Source: Stegostoma tigrinum
Taxonomy: Eukaryota
DNA length: 63,758 bases
NCBI RefSeq assembly: GCF_030684315.1
Contig: NC_081396.1
Span: forward strand, 8,547,870-8,611,627
Direction: 5' to 3'
Part shown: in pieces, positions 23,590-35,186 of the stretch
Position numbering within the stretch: the stretch's first letter is position 1
Layout of the letters: each line of letters begins with the position of its first letter
Made by a program: the position numbers and the translations under genes
Notes under the pieces: model-generated
Seen by the model: the letters and a program-made list of their open reading frames with translations, nothing else
The model's database searches: none
Told to the model about the DNA's origin: nothing

Positions 23590-24345
23590 CAGTATGGTGA
23601 AAGCATTTGATAAGGTACTGCACATTATCTTATTCAGTAACTTAACAGACCATGGTGTTGGAGATGGTATATTAGCATGGATTCAGGATTATCTAACTAA
23701 TAGAAGACTGAGAATTGGGAATAAAGGGGGGCATTTTTGGAATGGCAGCGTGAAACTAGTGGAGTGCCAAAGGGATCCGTGATTGGTTAACCAACTATTT
23801 ACAATGCATATTAATGACTGGGATGAGGAAAGTGAATGCACTATAGCCAAGTTTGCAAGTGACACAAAACAGCAAGCCATGAGAATGATATAGGGTGTGC
23901 AGAGAGATATAGGTGGGTGAAGCAAGTTAACCAAAAACCTAGTCGATGGAATATAATGTAGGAAAATGTGAGGTTGTGCTCTTTTGCAGGGAGAATTGAA
24001 GAGCTAAATGTTACTTAAATTGGGAAAGACTGCAGAAAGATACAGCACAGAGAGATTTAAAAGTCTGTTCTAATAAAGGTCACTGACATTGAAATGTTAG
24101 CTCTCCTTCTCTCCCTAGAAATTCTGTCAGACTTGCTGAGTTTTTTCTGCCACTTTTCATTTGTATTTTAGAGATTTGGGACTCCTTGTGCATAAATCAC
24201 AAAAAGCTAGCATACAAGTTCAGCAGCTAACAGGGAGGGAAAGTACTGGTATGAAGGGGCTATCTTATGGGAAGAGGTTGAGTAGGTTGGTTCTATACTC
24301 ATTGGAGTTTAGAAGAATCAGAGGTGATCTCATTGAACAATAAAA
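23590..24345 (+). mobile_element. CR1-type LINE RT fragment
   Basis: KAFDKV.H..L...L..HGVG.GILAWIQDYLTNRR, with a degraded FADD motif. Confidence 0.85.
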
Positions 24346-24954
24346 TCCTTGGCATTCTTCTCCCTCTTCCCATCAGAGCGAAACTGCTATTCACTCAACT
24401 TGCTCCAGCTCCAAAACCTGACAGGGAATGAATTTACTCACTGCTGTGTGTGATTCCCACAGATAATTGCATGGTCTTCTGAATGTTCATTTCACCAAGA
24501 GATGTTGAGGTGTTTGCATCAACGTCACAGGGTCTCCTCTGTTTAAAGCCACAAACAAACGTCCAGTATTCTCTAGGAGTCCGACCATCCATTCTGAATA
24601 GCTGTCAATCTAATGTTAAGGCTTTCAGTAGTAATGCATTGATCCAGGTCATTCTTCCTAACACTACCCTATATCCCCATCTGGGTTCCAGATTTATGTA
24701 GGAACATACAAACAACAGTAGGCCATTCAGCCGTTTCAGCCTATTTCCACCACTCAATGACATCATGGCTGACTCCATATGCCTTTGGCCCATGTCCCTT
24801 CATACATTTGCCAAATTAAAGTTTATCTGTCTTAGATTTAAAATGAACAACTGATCCAGCATCCACTGCTGTTTGTGGAAGAGGTTCCAAACATCTACTG
24901 CCCTCTGTGTGTGTGTGTATAAGTGCAGCCTAACATCTCTACTGAATAATAAAA

Positions 24955-25158
24955 AAAACTGAAAGAATTGTGGATGCTCGAAATCAGAAGCAAAAACATA
25001 AATTGTTGAGAAAACTGAGCAGTTTGGGCAGCATCTGTGGAGAGAAGTAAGAATTAATATGATTTCTGAAGAAGGGTCACTGGAACTGAAACGTAAACTC
25101 TATTTTCTTTCCCCACATGCTGCCACACCTGCTGAGATTTTCCAGCAAAATTTTGTCT
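24955..25158 (+). mobile_element. Penelope-derived fold-back element with a complete hammerhead core, inserted in a CR1 tail
   Basis: gattt-CTGAAGA-agggtcactggaact-GAAAC-GTA-aactc at 25061-25100; inverted arms gcagcatctgtgg / ccacatgctgc. Confidence 0.75.
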
Positions 25159-25419
25159 CACCCGAATGATTTGGCCCTGTTTCTCAGATTGTGCCCCTTA
25201 GTTGTAGATTCCCTAATCAGAGGAAGTAGTTTATCTACCCTGTCTTTTCCTGTTAATACCTTGAAGATTTTGATCTGATCACCCTTTAACCTGCTGAATG
25301 TTAGAGAAAACATTGTTATTGCTGAATATTGAAAACGTATACCATTGACATTCTTTATCTCTCAATGTCTACCTCCATGTTGTCTTTGAACATATGTTTC
25401 ATGTTCTCTCCAACTGGTC

Positions 25420-25680
25420 CGCATTCTGATCTCGGCTTAGTCCTGCCCTCGTTCCCCGCATTGATTGGAGGACTAATGGTACCAACTCCGCCTACCAGTC
25501 CCATCCCTTCCATTCATATTGGTTCAAACTGCTGTCAATTAGCCTGACGCCGTTGTGAACTGGAACATGTACAGTTCGTTGTAAATAATGAGGATCAGGT
25601 TGACCAGAGGAAGCGATAAACCTGGCCGTGGCTGGGCCGGGAGGCTTCGGAAACACTGTGACTTCAAAAAGCAGCTCACA
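25420..25680 (+). promoter_or_regulatory. Orphan copy of the ZNF promoter module
   Basis: Reverse strand TAATTGACAG...CCAAT at 25518-25541. The segment tgaggatcagg...gtggctgggc.gggaggcttc is colinear with the reverse complement of 57300-57610. Confidence 0.65.
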
Positions 25681-25919
25681 TTTATACCAATCGGCCATGG
25701 CTCCAGGATGTCTTCCAGTGGCATGACTGGAGAGAGAGAAAGAGGCAAATTCTCTGCTCTATGATGGACTGGGTCCAGCTGATTCATCCAGTCTGCCGGA
25801 ACACTGCATTACCAACGAGGTTGCATACTGTTGTTTCTGCTGCGTATCACCTCCACGGCTAAACCTTTTTATTCTTTCAAATTCTAGACTGTTCTTGTTC
25901 TCAGATTTTCAGTAACTGT

Positions 25920-28150
25920 CATGAACTCTAACACGCTCTGTACAGTTGTAACAAGAATTTCCTGTTTTTGAACTGCAATTCTGAGCAATAAAGGCCAGAA
26001 ATCCATTGCCTTCTTTGTTATTTGTTGGACCCACGTTCTAATTTTGCATGTTTCATGCACAATTATCCCTCTACGCTGCACACTTTGGAATCTGTCTCCA
26101 TTCAACTAATAGCCTGCTTTTTAATTCTTCCTATTAAAGTCCATGACCTGACACTTACCTACATTAAATGCCAATATTTTGCTGACTCCTCAACCTATCC
26201 ATATCGTCTTAGAGATTCTTTATAATATCGTTACAACATGCCCTTCCACGTATTTTTGTTCCATCAGCAAATCAGCATTACATGCTGGCCTCTCCTTCAA
26301 GTCTTTAATATTGTAAAATGGCTTCGGGAGAATTTGGACAGGCTTAGTGACTGGGTAGGAACATGAACTGGAAAATAATATAGAAAAATGTAAAGTTATT
26401 CTCATTGGTAGGAAGAATAGATGTGAAGAGTATTTCATAATGGTGACATGTTGGAAAGTGTAGGGGTGCAAAGGGACCTGGATGTCCTAGTTGATAAGTC
26501 ACGGAAGGCTAACATGCAGGTGCAGCAAGCTATTGGGAAGGTTAATGGAATATTCGCCTTTACTGCAAGAGGATTTGAGCACAGGAGTAGTGAAGCCTTG
26601 CTTCAGTTGTATAAGAGCTTGGTTAGAACGTATCTGGAGAAGTGTGTGTGCACGTTTGGTCTCCTTAACCCAGGGAATATATTCTTGCCATACTACGGAG
26701 TGCAGCAGAAGTTTCCAGGATAGCATAGCTACCCTGTGAACAGAGATTTTGCAAACTGGGCCTACATTCTCTGCAGTTTCGAATAACGAGTGATTCTCAT
26801 TCAGACTTAGGAAATGCCTCAAGGCATAGACAAAATGCTTTCCCTGGTTGGGAAGACTAGAACTAAGGGGCTCAAATTAAAAATAAGTGGGTCTGAGGTT
26901 AGATTTTTCTTTTACTCAGAGGTTGGTGAAGCTTTGAAATTATTTACCACAGAAGGTTGTAGGAGATCAGTATTTGGGTATGTTTAAGGTACAGATCGAT
27001 GGAATGATGGACAGAGTTATGGGGTTGATGGACAAGAGTCATTGAAGTTATCAATCTGCTACAATTGTATTGAATGGCAGAACAGGCTGAGTGGCTTGTA
27101 CTCATTTTCCTGTGTAAAAAGTATATAATTGAGGTTCTTATGGCATTTGACTAGTTATATTTCCCCCATTAATCGTAATTATCTGCGTTCTGTGCATTGA
27201 CAAATCCTCAGTCAATGAGAATATGTTACTTCCAATACCATGAGCTCCTATCTTGTGCAATATCCTTTTAAGTGGCACCATATTGAATGCCTTCTGCAAG
27301 TCCAAGTATGCTATATCTAATCAACTCTGCTTATTAGCAGAGAACACTTGCAAATATGTCAAATATGATTTCCCTTTCACAAAGTCATGTATAACTCGTC
27401 TGTCAGAAATGCTCCATGTTCAGAAAAGAGATGACAATTATATTTAGAATTGGGCACTCAAATCAAGAAGCTAGTTCCAGCTAAGAATAGAATATTTTAA
27501 CCATTCCCAGGTCTGCACCGAGAGCTCCTAAAAGATGCTGAGTTGTGGGTCAGCTTATTCTCTTCCATCTGTACATTTTCACCTCCAACTTGCAAGAATC
27601 CTCTCCCATCTGTATAACTCACTTGTTCTGCTTCAGCTGGAGTACTGCATGCAATTCTGAGCTCTGGATTTTAAGAAGCATGCAGAAGCATAGATGATGG
27701 TACAGATGAGATGCAAAAGTCTCCTGAAGGAAGAACATAAGTTATAAAGATAGGTGGGAAAAGCTGGGACGGTTCTTCTGGGAGAAGTGGAGTCTGAGAG
27801 AAGGTCTCACTGAAGTATTCAAAATCATGAGAGGTCTGGACAAACTACATTGAGAGAAAATACCCCCACTGGGGAAATGATTGGAACTGAGAGGGATTTA
27901 AAGTGATTAGTAAAGGAAGCAAAAGTGACATGGGAAAAACGTTTTGATGCTGTGAGCAATAAAGTTCTGGTCTGTACTCCTTGAGAGTCTGGTGGAGGAA
28001 GTTTCAATGAAGAATTCAAAACGGATTTTGATTATTCAAAAAAGAAGGACATAAAGGAAAGTGGAAGATGGCAGAAGAATAGCGCTAAATGACATGTTCA
28101 TTCCAGAAGTCACCGTATCCCTTGCGGGCCATAACAGCGGGTGGGTGCTG
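25920..28150. mobile_element. Block of CR1 fragments in both orientations
   Basis: ORF 26448-26723 reads VQRDLDVLV...LLQLYKSLVR.YLE; reverse-strand pieces at 25920-26330 and 27180-27400. Confidence 0.75.
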
Positions 28151-28289
28151 AACTATTTTATCACTCCCTGGCTCAAATTGGTGTCAGTATAACTAATGTC
28201 CTAACTTTTTTTTGGTTGTCCAGCTCCAGTTTTCTCTCATTAAGAAAATAACACAAATCCTGGGCACGGAAATTGAGAACTTCAATGGT

Positions 28290-28715
28290 GCGTCATCTAC
28301 CCAGACTTCCGCGGAGGGCAGAAAGCTCCCCATCCACATAACAGGAGCGCGGTGAGCAGGCGCAGAACGGAAAGCATATGGAACATGCGCGAATCGGGTG
28401 ATGCTGGTAGACAGCGTCTTGTTTCTCGGCTCCAAAAAGGTTAAAAGTAAGGCGGGAAGAAGGAAGCGATGAATCGGGTGGTAGAAGGAGAGAAGTCGCG
28501 AACACCTTGTGTAAGCCGAAAACCCCCGAATAAGAACCTCCCGGTTTTACCTTGGCAGAAGTGGAACTAAGACTCCAGGCTTCCTCTGAGAGATAGGCCC
28601 CAGGGAACGGCCGCCATCTTTATTTGGGGCACTGGTCCCCCAAGTAGCCAAAGTGGCTTCCATCTTTGTAAGGGGCAATACTTGGCATGCCGGAGGAGGG
28701 TTTTTATAAAAAATA
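28290..28715 (+). promoter_or_regulatory. CpG-rich promoter/first exon of ZNF-4
   Basis: CpG-dense; CATGCGCG at 28384; twin elements at 28613 and 28659. Confidence 0.75.
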
Positions 28716-28719
28716 CGCT

Positions 28720-29040
28720 CACGGGATGTGGGCCTCTTTGGCTTGGCTAGCATTTATTGCCTATCCCTAATTGCCCAGAGAACAGCTGACAGTCAACCAC
28801 ATTGCTGTTGGTCTGAAGTCACATGTAGACCAGACCAGATAAGGATGGCAGATTCCTTCTGTAAAGGGCATTAATGAATCAGACTTCTGCCAATCAACAA
28901 TGGTTTCATAATCATTAGACCCTTAATTCCAGATTATTTAATGAATTCGAATTCCATCTGCCATTGCAGGATTTGAACCTGAGTATCCAAAACATTAACT
29001 GAGTTTCTGAATATTAATTTAAAGCACTATCGCCTCCCCT
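28720..29040 (-). mobile_element. Shark SINE family 2 (another copy at 40055-40392)
   Basis: agtcaaccacattgctg...tcacatgta..ccagaccag.taaggatgg...ttgaacctgag is shared between the two copies. Confidence 0.75.
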
Positions 29041-29407
29041 TTGCTGTTTATTGTTCAGAAAGGAGTCAACTTGACCATCAAGCTGCATGAACCTTTCCTA
29101 GTCAAAGTCTTATTGATGAAGCAGAGCAGTGGCATAGAAGGAAAGAAAAGGAAACAAATCCTGCTCTCCAGGTGGGATGTCTTGCCCCAAATGTCCAAAG
29201 GTCTGCAGCTGTGTTCAGTTACACAAAGCCCTAGGGTGCAACTTGTGACCCTGAATAGACATCATCCTTGAATTGAGGGAATGCAAACAACAATGAGCAG
29301 CAGAGTGCAATAGAATGCATGCACGGTCATCCTGGGTCAGAAGGAGGGGCAAGTTGTGAATTTATAACTTGGACTGACAGTGACTGATTCTGAGATCTTT
29401 TTTACAG

Positions 29408-29514
29408 GATATTACAACAAAATTCACAGTTTGGAAAATTCAAGTACGTCCAATCACGTCAAAATCTGACAATTATTCAGTATATCAGGACTAGGCCGTA
29501 ATCAGCCTTTGAAT
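29408..29514 (+). other. Non-coding 5' exon of ZNF-4
   Basis: ttttacAG...aaaatctgacaa...atcaggac...tttgaat|GTAAGT. Confidence 0.75.
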
Positions 29515-29981
29515 GTAAGTATTGAATTTCAGTACACACCCTCTCACTGTGTAACATATCATCCTCATTTCCTCCCTGTAGATCTTCCCCCAAAGTGTTA
29601 AATCTGTATCCTACAATCATTTTATGATCATTGAATAGGATAATTTTTTAAACTACCTAACTTAAACTAACTACAAACGTGTGTAATTTGATCAAATGGC
29701 CTCTTTATGATAATGAAGTCAGATCCAGTTTCTTAGTCCTAAGCTTTTGATTAACATCTCCCATCTCATTCCACCTCACAAAACATTCTGGTCAAAATCC
29801 TCAGTGACCCTCCCATTCTTCACAATGTGTGGTGATTTCTGGTTTGCACAGACACTGATGCTCTGTGTTTCTGTGTGTGGTCATCATGCAGTGACAATGG
29901 CACAATGACATCAACATTTTCAAGAAATTTCCTCAACTGTGAGATTTTTCTCTGACTCCAGTGCTTCTTGTAAGTTTATAG

Positions 29982-30035
29982 TTGCAGACTCCAACAGGAG
30001 GTTTTCAAATTGCAAACAGTGATATATTTTCAGAG
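29982..30035 (+). other. Candidate micro-exon of ZNF-4
   Basis: ttatAG|ttgcagactccaacaggag...cagag|GTATTT. Confidence 0.45.
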
Positions 30036-31332
30036 GTATTTCTGTCATTCATCCACAATGAAGAGATTTTAGTGCTGCATTTTGTTATCTGTTAAGGGTT
30101 CCATGGAGTGTTTTAGATAGTTTTTGCACTGTTATTGTTTTGATAAGTTGGAGCCTTTGCAGATCATTGAGCACATGAATGATGGATGGATAAGACTTGA
30201 TGTAACTATGCACATGGAGTAGGAGAAATGTGAGTCTGGTGGAGATTACAGAGATAGGGAATTTTATGAACCTGGAAGAGTTTACAGAGTTAGTGTATGT
30301 TGTGAGGCTGGAGGATGTTAAGGAGATTGGGAGGATTGTGAGGCTGCGAGATGACAGAGATGGGGAGAACTGGATCATGGAGGGAACTGAAGAGGAGAAT
30401 GAGTACTTTACAGCTTTGCTACTTTTTAACCAAGATTATTTATGAGTCATTGGGGACAGGGAGGATGGATGAATGAGACTTGATGTGAATCAACAGACGA
30501 GCATCAGATTTTGGAGGACCTCAAGATTACGGGATGGGTTGAAAGTGGGAGGCTGGCTGTAAGTGTGTCCGGATAGAGAAGGGGAATGGTAACAAATGAA
30601 TGGATGAGAGTTTCAGCAGCAGATGAGTAGAGACTAGGGTGGAGTCAGCTGATATTACTGAGACGGAAGTAGATGATCCTGGTGATGACAGGATAAGTGT
30701 ATGGAAGTTCATCTTGGGTGAAGTATCTCCCCAGGGCTGTGAACAGTCTGGTTCAGCCTCAGACAGTTACCAAAGAGAGGGATGGAGTTGGTGGTGAAGG
30801 AATGGCGTTTGTAGCAGGACTGAAAATGATGACTTCAATCTTCCCAATATTTAAACGGAGGAAATTTCTACTCATCCAGTACTGCTGTCAGCCAAGGCAG
30901 GACAGTGTGAGACTGGGAAGTGCTGGTGTTCACACACACCTGCTCCATTCGTCCTTCCATGTTCTGACAAAGTTTTGATCAAGTTACAGATGCATAAAAT
31001 CCATTTCTCCTCCCTGCCTCCTCCCAAGAGGCCAGAATCCTTGAATGACATCAAGGAATCAAACAAGTTTTTATCACAACTGACTAGCTTTCTTGGTCAC
31101 TTTTGCCTTGTGCCAGACCCTTACATTTACCAAATTCATTCAGTTTGACTTCACAAATTGCCTTTGTGGTTTTGTGGATTCTCTCTTACACTCCCTTTCT
31201 TCTATTTTAAATCAATTTCACAGAATTGTAGAACAGGAGGATTTTCAGTCAGGAAACAAACACCAAATATCACTTCAGTTTCTGACAGAGTCATCGATCT
31301 TACTGTAACCTGAATATCTTCAGATTCTGAAC

Positions 31333-32370
31333 ATGGATGAAAAAAGCACCATAAACAATGGGGAGAAACTGTACATATGTTCTGTGCGTGGACGAGTATT
31401 CAGCCAATCATCTGACCTGGTGGGACATGAGTGCACTCATAGTGCTGACAAACCTTGGAAATGTGGGGACTGTGGTAAAGGATATAGATCCCCATCTGAG
31501 TTGGAAACTCATCAGCGCAGTCACACTGGAGAGAAACAGTTCACTTGCTCTGATTGTGGGAAAGGATTCACTCGGTCATCCACCTTGTTGACACACCAAC
31601 AGGTTCACTCTGGGGAGCGACCATTCACCTGTTCTGTGTGTGGGAAAGGATTCACTCAGTTATCAAATTTGCTGAGACACCAGCAGGTTCACACCAATGA
31701 GAGACCTTTTAAATGCACAGACTGTGGGAAGTGCTATAAAAGTTCCGGGGAATTGATTCGCCATCAACGTGTTCACACCGATGAGAGACCATTTAGGTGC
31801 TCTCACTGTGGAGCTGGGTTCAGGACATCATCTGACTTCCTCATACACCAGCGAGTTCACACTGGTGAGAGACCATTCAACTGCTCTGAGTGTGGGAAGG
31901 GATTCACTCGCTTATTTCAGCTGCAGGAACATCAGCACAGTCATACTGGGAAGTGGCCATTCACCTGCTGCGAGTGTGGGAAAGGATTCATTCAGTCATC
32001 TGGCCTGTTGACACACCAGCGAGTTCACACTGATGAGAGACCTTTTAAATGTCCCAACTGTGGAATGTGCTTCAAAAGTACCGGGGAACTAATGTCCCAT
32101 CAACGTATTCACACCAATGAGAAACCATTCAGATGCTCTCATTGTGGGTCTGGGTTTAGACGATCATCCCACCTCACTGTACACCAGCGAGTTCACACGG
32201 GGGAGAAACCATTTGTTTGCTCCGAATGTGGAAAAGGATTCACTCAGTCATCCCACCTGCTGACACATAAGCGGGTTCACAGTGGAGAGAGGCCATTCAC
32301 ATGCTCTGAGTGTGGGAAGGGTTTCACTCGATCATCCCACCTGCTGAGGCACCAGGGAGTTCACAAGTAA
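31333..32370 (+). CDS. C2H2 zinc-finger protein, 12 repeats, 11 canonical (ZNF-4)
   Basis: Acceptor at 31222-31223, ctgaacATGga, AATAAA at 32452 and 32463. Confidence 0.92.
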   Translation: MDEKSTINNGEKLYICSVRGRVFSQSSDLVGHECTHSADKPWKCGDCGKGYRSPSELETHQRSHTGEKQFTCSDCGKGFTRSSTLLTHQQVHSGERPFTCSVCGKGFTQLSNLLRHQQVHTNERPFKCTDCGKCYKSSGELIRHQRVHTDERPFRCSHCGAGFRTSSDFLIHQRVHTGERPFNCSECGKGFTRLFQLQEHQHSHTGKWPFTCCECGKGFIQSSGLLTHQRVHTDERPFKCPNCGMCFKSTGELMSHQRIHTNEKPFRCSHCGSGFRRSSHLTVHQRVHTGEKPFVCSECGKGFTQSSHLLTHKRVHSGERPFTCSECGKGFTRSSHLLRHQGVHK

Positions 32371-32685
32371 CTACATTGGTAGGATTCTTCTGTTAATCAC
32401 ACCCAGCAATGAACGTTGCGTAATGGGATCTGTTTCTGCTGATTTTAAAGAAATAAAAATCAAATAAATCACTTTTGTGTAGGATGCACAATATATTATG
32501 TCTTTTTAACACCTCTAACACACTTCTGAAGGGCTTGCAATCTCCTCTGACTAATTCATCCTTACCTCAAAACTGCCTCTAATATTCTTCCATTCCAAAG
32601 TGCTGAATGTACATTTTCTTCCATTTTCTCTCCTTTCTTCCCTTGGGTCACTTCAGAGCACATCTTATCCATGAGAGCCACCTAC

Positions 32686-33682
32686 AAGTGGTGTGCCTCA
32701 GGGGTCAGTGCTGGGTCAGTGCTGTTTGTTATCCATATACATGATTTGGATGGGAATCTACAAGGCATGATTGGTAAGTTTGTGGATGACACTGAAATAG
32801 GAGGTATTGTGGACTGTGAGGAAGGTTATGAGAAATTGCAGCAGGATCTTGATCACCTGGGGAAGTGGGCCAAGAAATGGCAAATAGAGTTTAATACAGA
32901 CAAGTGTGAGGTGTTGCATTTTGGAAAGTCAAATCCAGGTAGGAGTTCCATGGTGAATGGTAGAGCCTTAAGGATTGTAGTGGAAGACAGGGACCTTGGA
33001 GTTCAGGTGCATGGTTCTCTGAAAGGGGAGTCACAAGTAGACAGGGCAGTGAAGGTTTTTGGCACACTTGCCTTCGTCAGTCAGGGTGTTGAGTATAGAA
33101 GTTGGGAAGTTATGATGCAATTGTACATGATGTTGGTGAGGCCACACTTAGAGTATTGGTCAGTTTTGTCACTTTGGTTTGGTCACTTTGGGAGAGGAAG
33201 GATATTATTAAACTGGGAAGAGTGCAGAAGAAATTTACAAGGATGTTTCCAGGACTCAAGGGACTGAGTTGTAGGGAGAGGTTAGACAAGCTAGGACATT
33301 TTTCTTTAGAGCATAGGAAACTAAGGGGGATATTACAGAAGTATATGAGATCATGAGAGGCAATGAATGCACTCAGTCTTTTTACTGGGGTGGGGGAATC
33401 AATTTATGGTAAGAGGGGAAAAAATACATGGGAACCTGAGGGACAACTTTTTAACAAAAATGGTGGTATATGCATATGGAATGAACTGGCAGCAGAAGTG
33501 GTTGAGGCAAAGTACCTTAACAACATCTAAAAAGCATTTGGATAAATGCGTGGATAGGTAAGGTTTAGAAGGATATGGGCCAAGTGTAGGGAAATGGGTT
33601 TGGAGTGAATGGACATTTTGGTTGGCACAGACCAGTTTGGGCCAAAGGGCCTGTCTCCATGCTGCAGCACTCTATGACTGTA
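32686..33682 (+). mobile_element. CR1-type LINE, 5'-truncated, inserted after the local duplication
   Basis: GVPQGS-like motif, KFVDDTEIG and LVRPHLEY. Absent from the paralogous site near 40720. Confidence 0.9.
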
Positions 33683-33719
33683 TGCTCACTTGATGCAATT
33701 CTCATGACGCAACCAAACG

Positions 33720-33985
33720 TCCAAATTCTTCATGTCTCTCTGTGTACCGTCTTCCAAATTTGGAAGCCGATATTACTGTGTGTCCTGATGAATGGAGAGA
33801 CTGTGTCAGATCTTGACCTGAAGTTTGGTTTGAGTTGTAGCTGGAGTTGATAAAACTCTTCATCTTACTTCAGTAAAGCAGAGAACTTCGAATATTTTCC
33901 TTTCTTGTTCCCCTCAAATCTGTAAATCGCCATCCCACGCGCACACTCTCCTCTCTGGGCTGAGATCCCAATTAAGTGCTGGATA
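33720..33985 (-). pseudogene. Relic leftward arm of a bidirectional ZNF unit (leader only; copy at 40738-40885)
   Basis: Reverse strand ctcaaaccaaacttcaggtcaagatctgacacagtctctccattcatcaggac is the ZNF leader module; no fingers follow it. Confidence 0.65.
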
Positions 33986-34019
33986 CTTCAACAACTTGGT
34001 CCAGTTGAGACAATATTCC

Positions 34020-34560
34020 AAACCGAGATGCGCATCTCTCGCGGACTATGATGCTTTGCTGATTGACGACGGATCCGGACCAATAGGGAGAGTGGGGGGG
34101 GGGGGGTGTGGTGGACCGAATGTGAATTATGTGGTCCTCCAGCCAATCAGGGTGAATGAGGGGGTGGGAGTAAGGATACTGGCACTGTTAGCATTACTGT
34201 GAGCTCCCGCGCAGGCGCAGTGTCACTGTAACTGAAGTCTGAACGAGAGCAGGAGAGGGAGAAGGTAAAAGGGGGACGGACAGCGGAGAGCGGAGGAAAA
34301 ATGGAATGAGCGTGGACTGGGAGGTTTCACAAACACGCGGTGAAGGCCACCAGATCCGAATTAAAATGTTCTGCCGTGCGTTTGCAAAAAAACCGGAAAG
34401 GGTCGTGGGCCTCATTCGGCGAGAGGCCCGAGTTAGCATCGCCATCTTTATTGGGGGCAATTTTCCTTGGGATGTATGCATGGACGCCATGTTTGTAGGG
34501 GGCTGCTTTGCGCTGTGTTCCAGGCACGCCGTGGGCTGTGTAAAATTTGCACAGGAGAAA
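34020..34560 (+). promoter_or_regulatory. CpG-rich promoter of ZNF-5
   Basis: TGATTGAC 34060, CCAAT 34080 and 34143, G-run, GCGCAGGCGC ~34209, twin elements at 34441 and 34486. Confidence 0.8.
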
Positions 34561-34628
34561 CCAAGATAAATGTTTATCGCTTCTGAATTTTTAATCGTGG
34601 TCTGACTATAGTGCCTTTTATTGAACAG

Positions 34629-34707
34629 AATTCAGGACTTGAAGATATGAAACTCAAACCAAGCATCGCATCAAGATCTGGCAGGAACACCGGAGACATC
34701 AGGACGC
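34629..34707 (+). other. Non-coding 5' exon of ZNF-5, containing a uATG at 34647
   Basis: gaacAG...ctcaaaccaagcatcgcatcaagatctg...catcaggacgc|GTAAGT. Confidence 0.75.
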
Positions 34708-35186
34708 GTAAGTTTGTCATTTTATCTGTGGTTACAGATTCACTGTACATGGGAAAAGGGGACAGATCATGAAGGGATTTTAAAACAGAATCTGAGAATT
34801 TAAATTGACGTGCTGTTCAACTGACAAGTGCGGGTCATTAAGGAAAGTGCTAATCGGTATGCCGATGGGACTTCGAGCAGTACGCACAGGTCTTCGAGGT
34901 GACAAATATATTTGACCAAGGAACTGGAGCGAAATATGATACCACTGCTGTAAGGCTGTCTGGTTCGGTCCAAGAAGTTGGCAGGGAGCGGATTGAGTCA
35001 GTGGCAAAAGAATGAAGTTTATAGCGGGTACTAAAGATAATGTCTTCAGGCTTCCTAATATTTAAAACGGGGAAGTTTCCTCTTACCCAGTACTGAATGT
35101 CAGTCAAGTCAGGCCAGTGTGTGACTCAGAGGGTTGATGTTCATACACAGCAGCTCCTTAAAGGTGGTAGAGATTGTCTTGTTCAG

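Noticed and set aside
30170-30390. CRISPR-like or functional tandem array
   Set aside because: It is a degenerate purine-rich ~30 bp repeat (ggagattacagagataggg) next to L2 debris, with no constant repeat/unique spacer structure, in a eukaryotic context.
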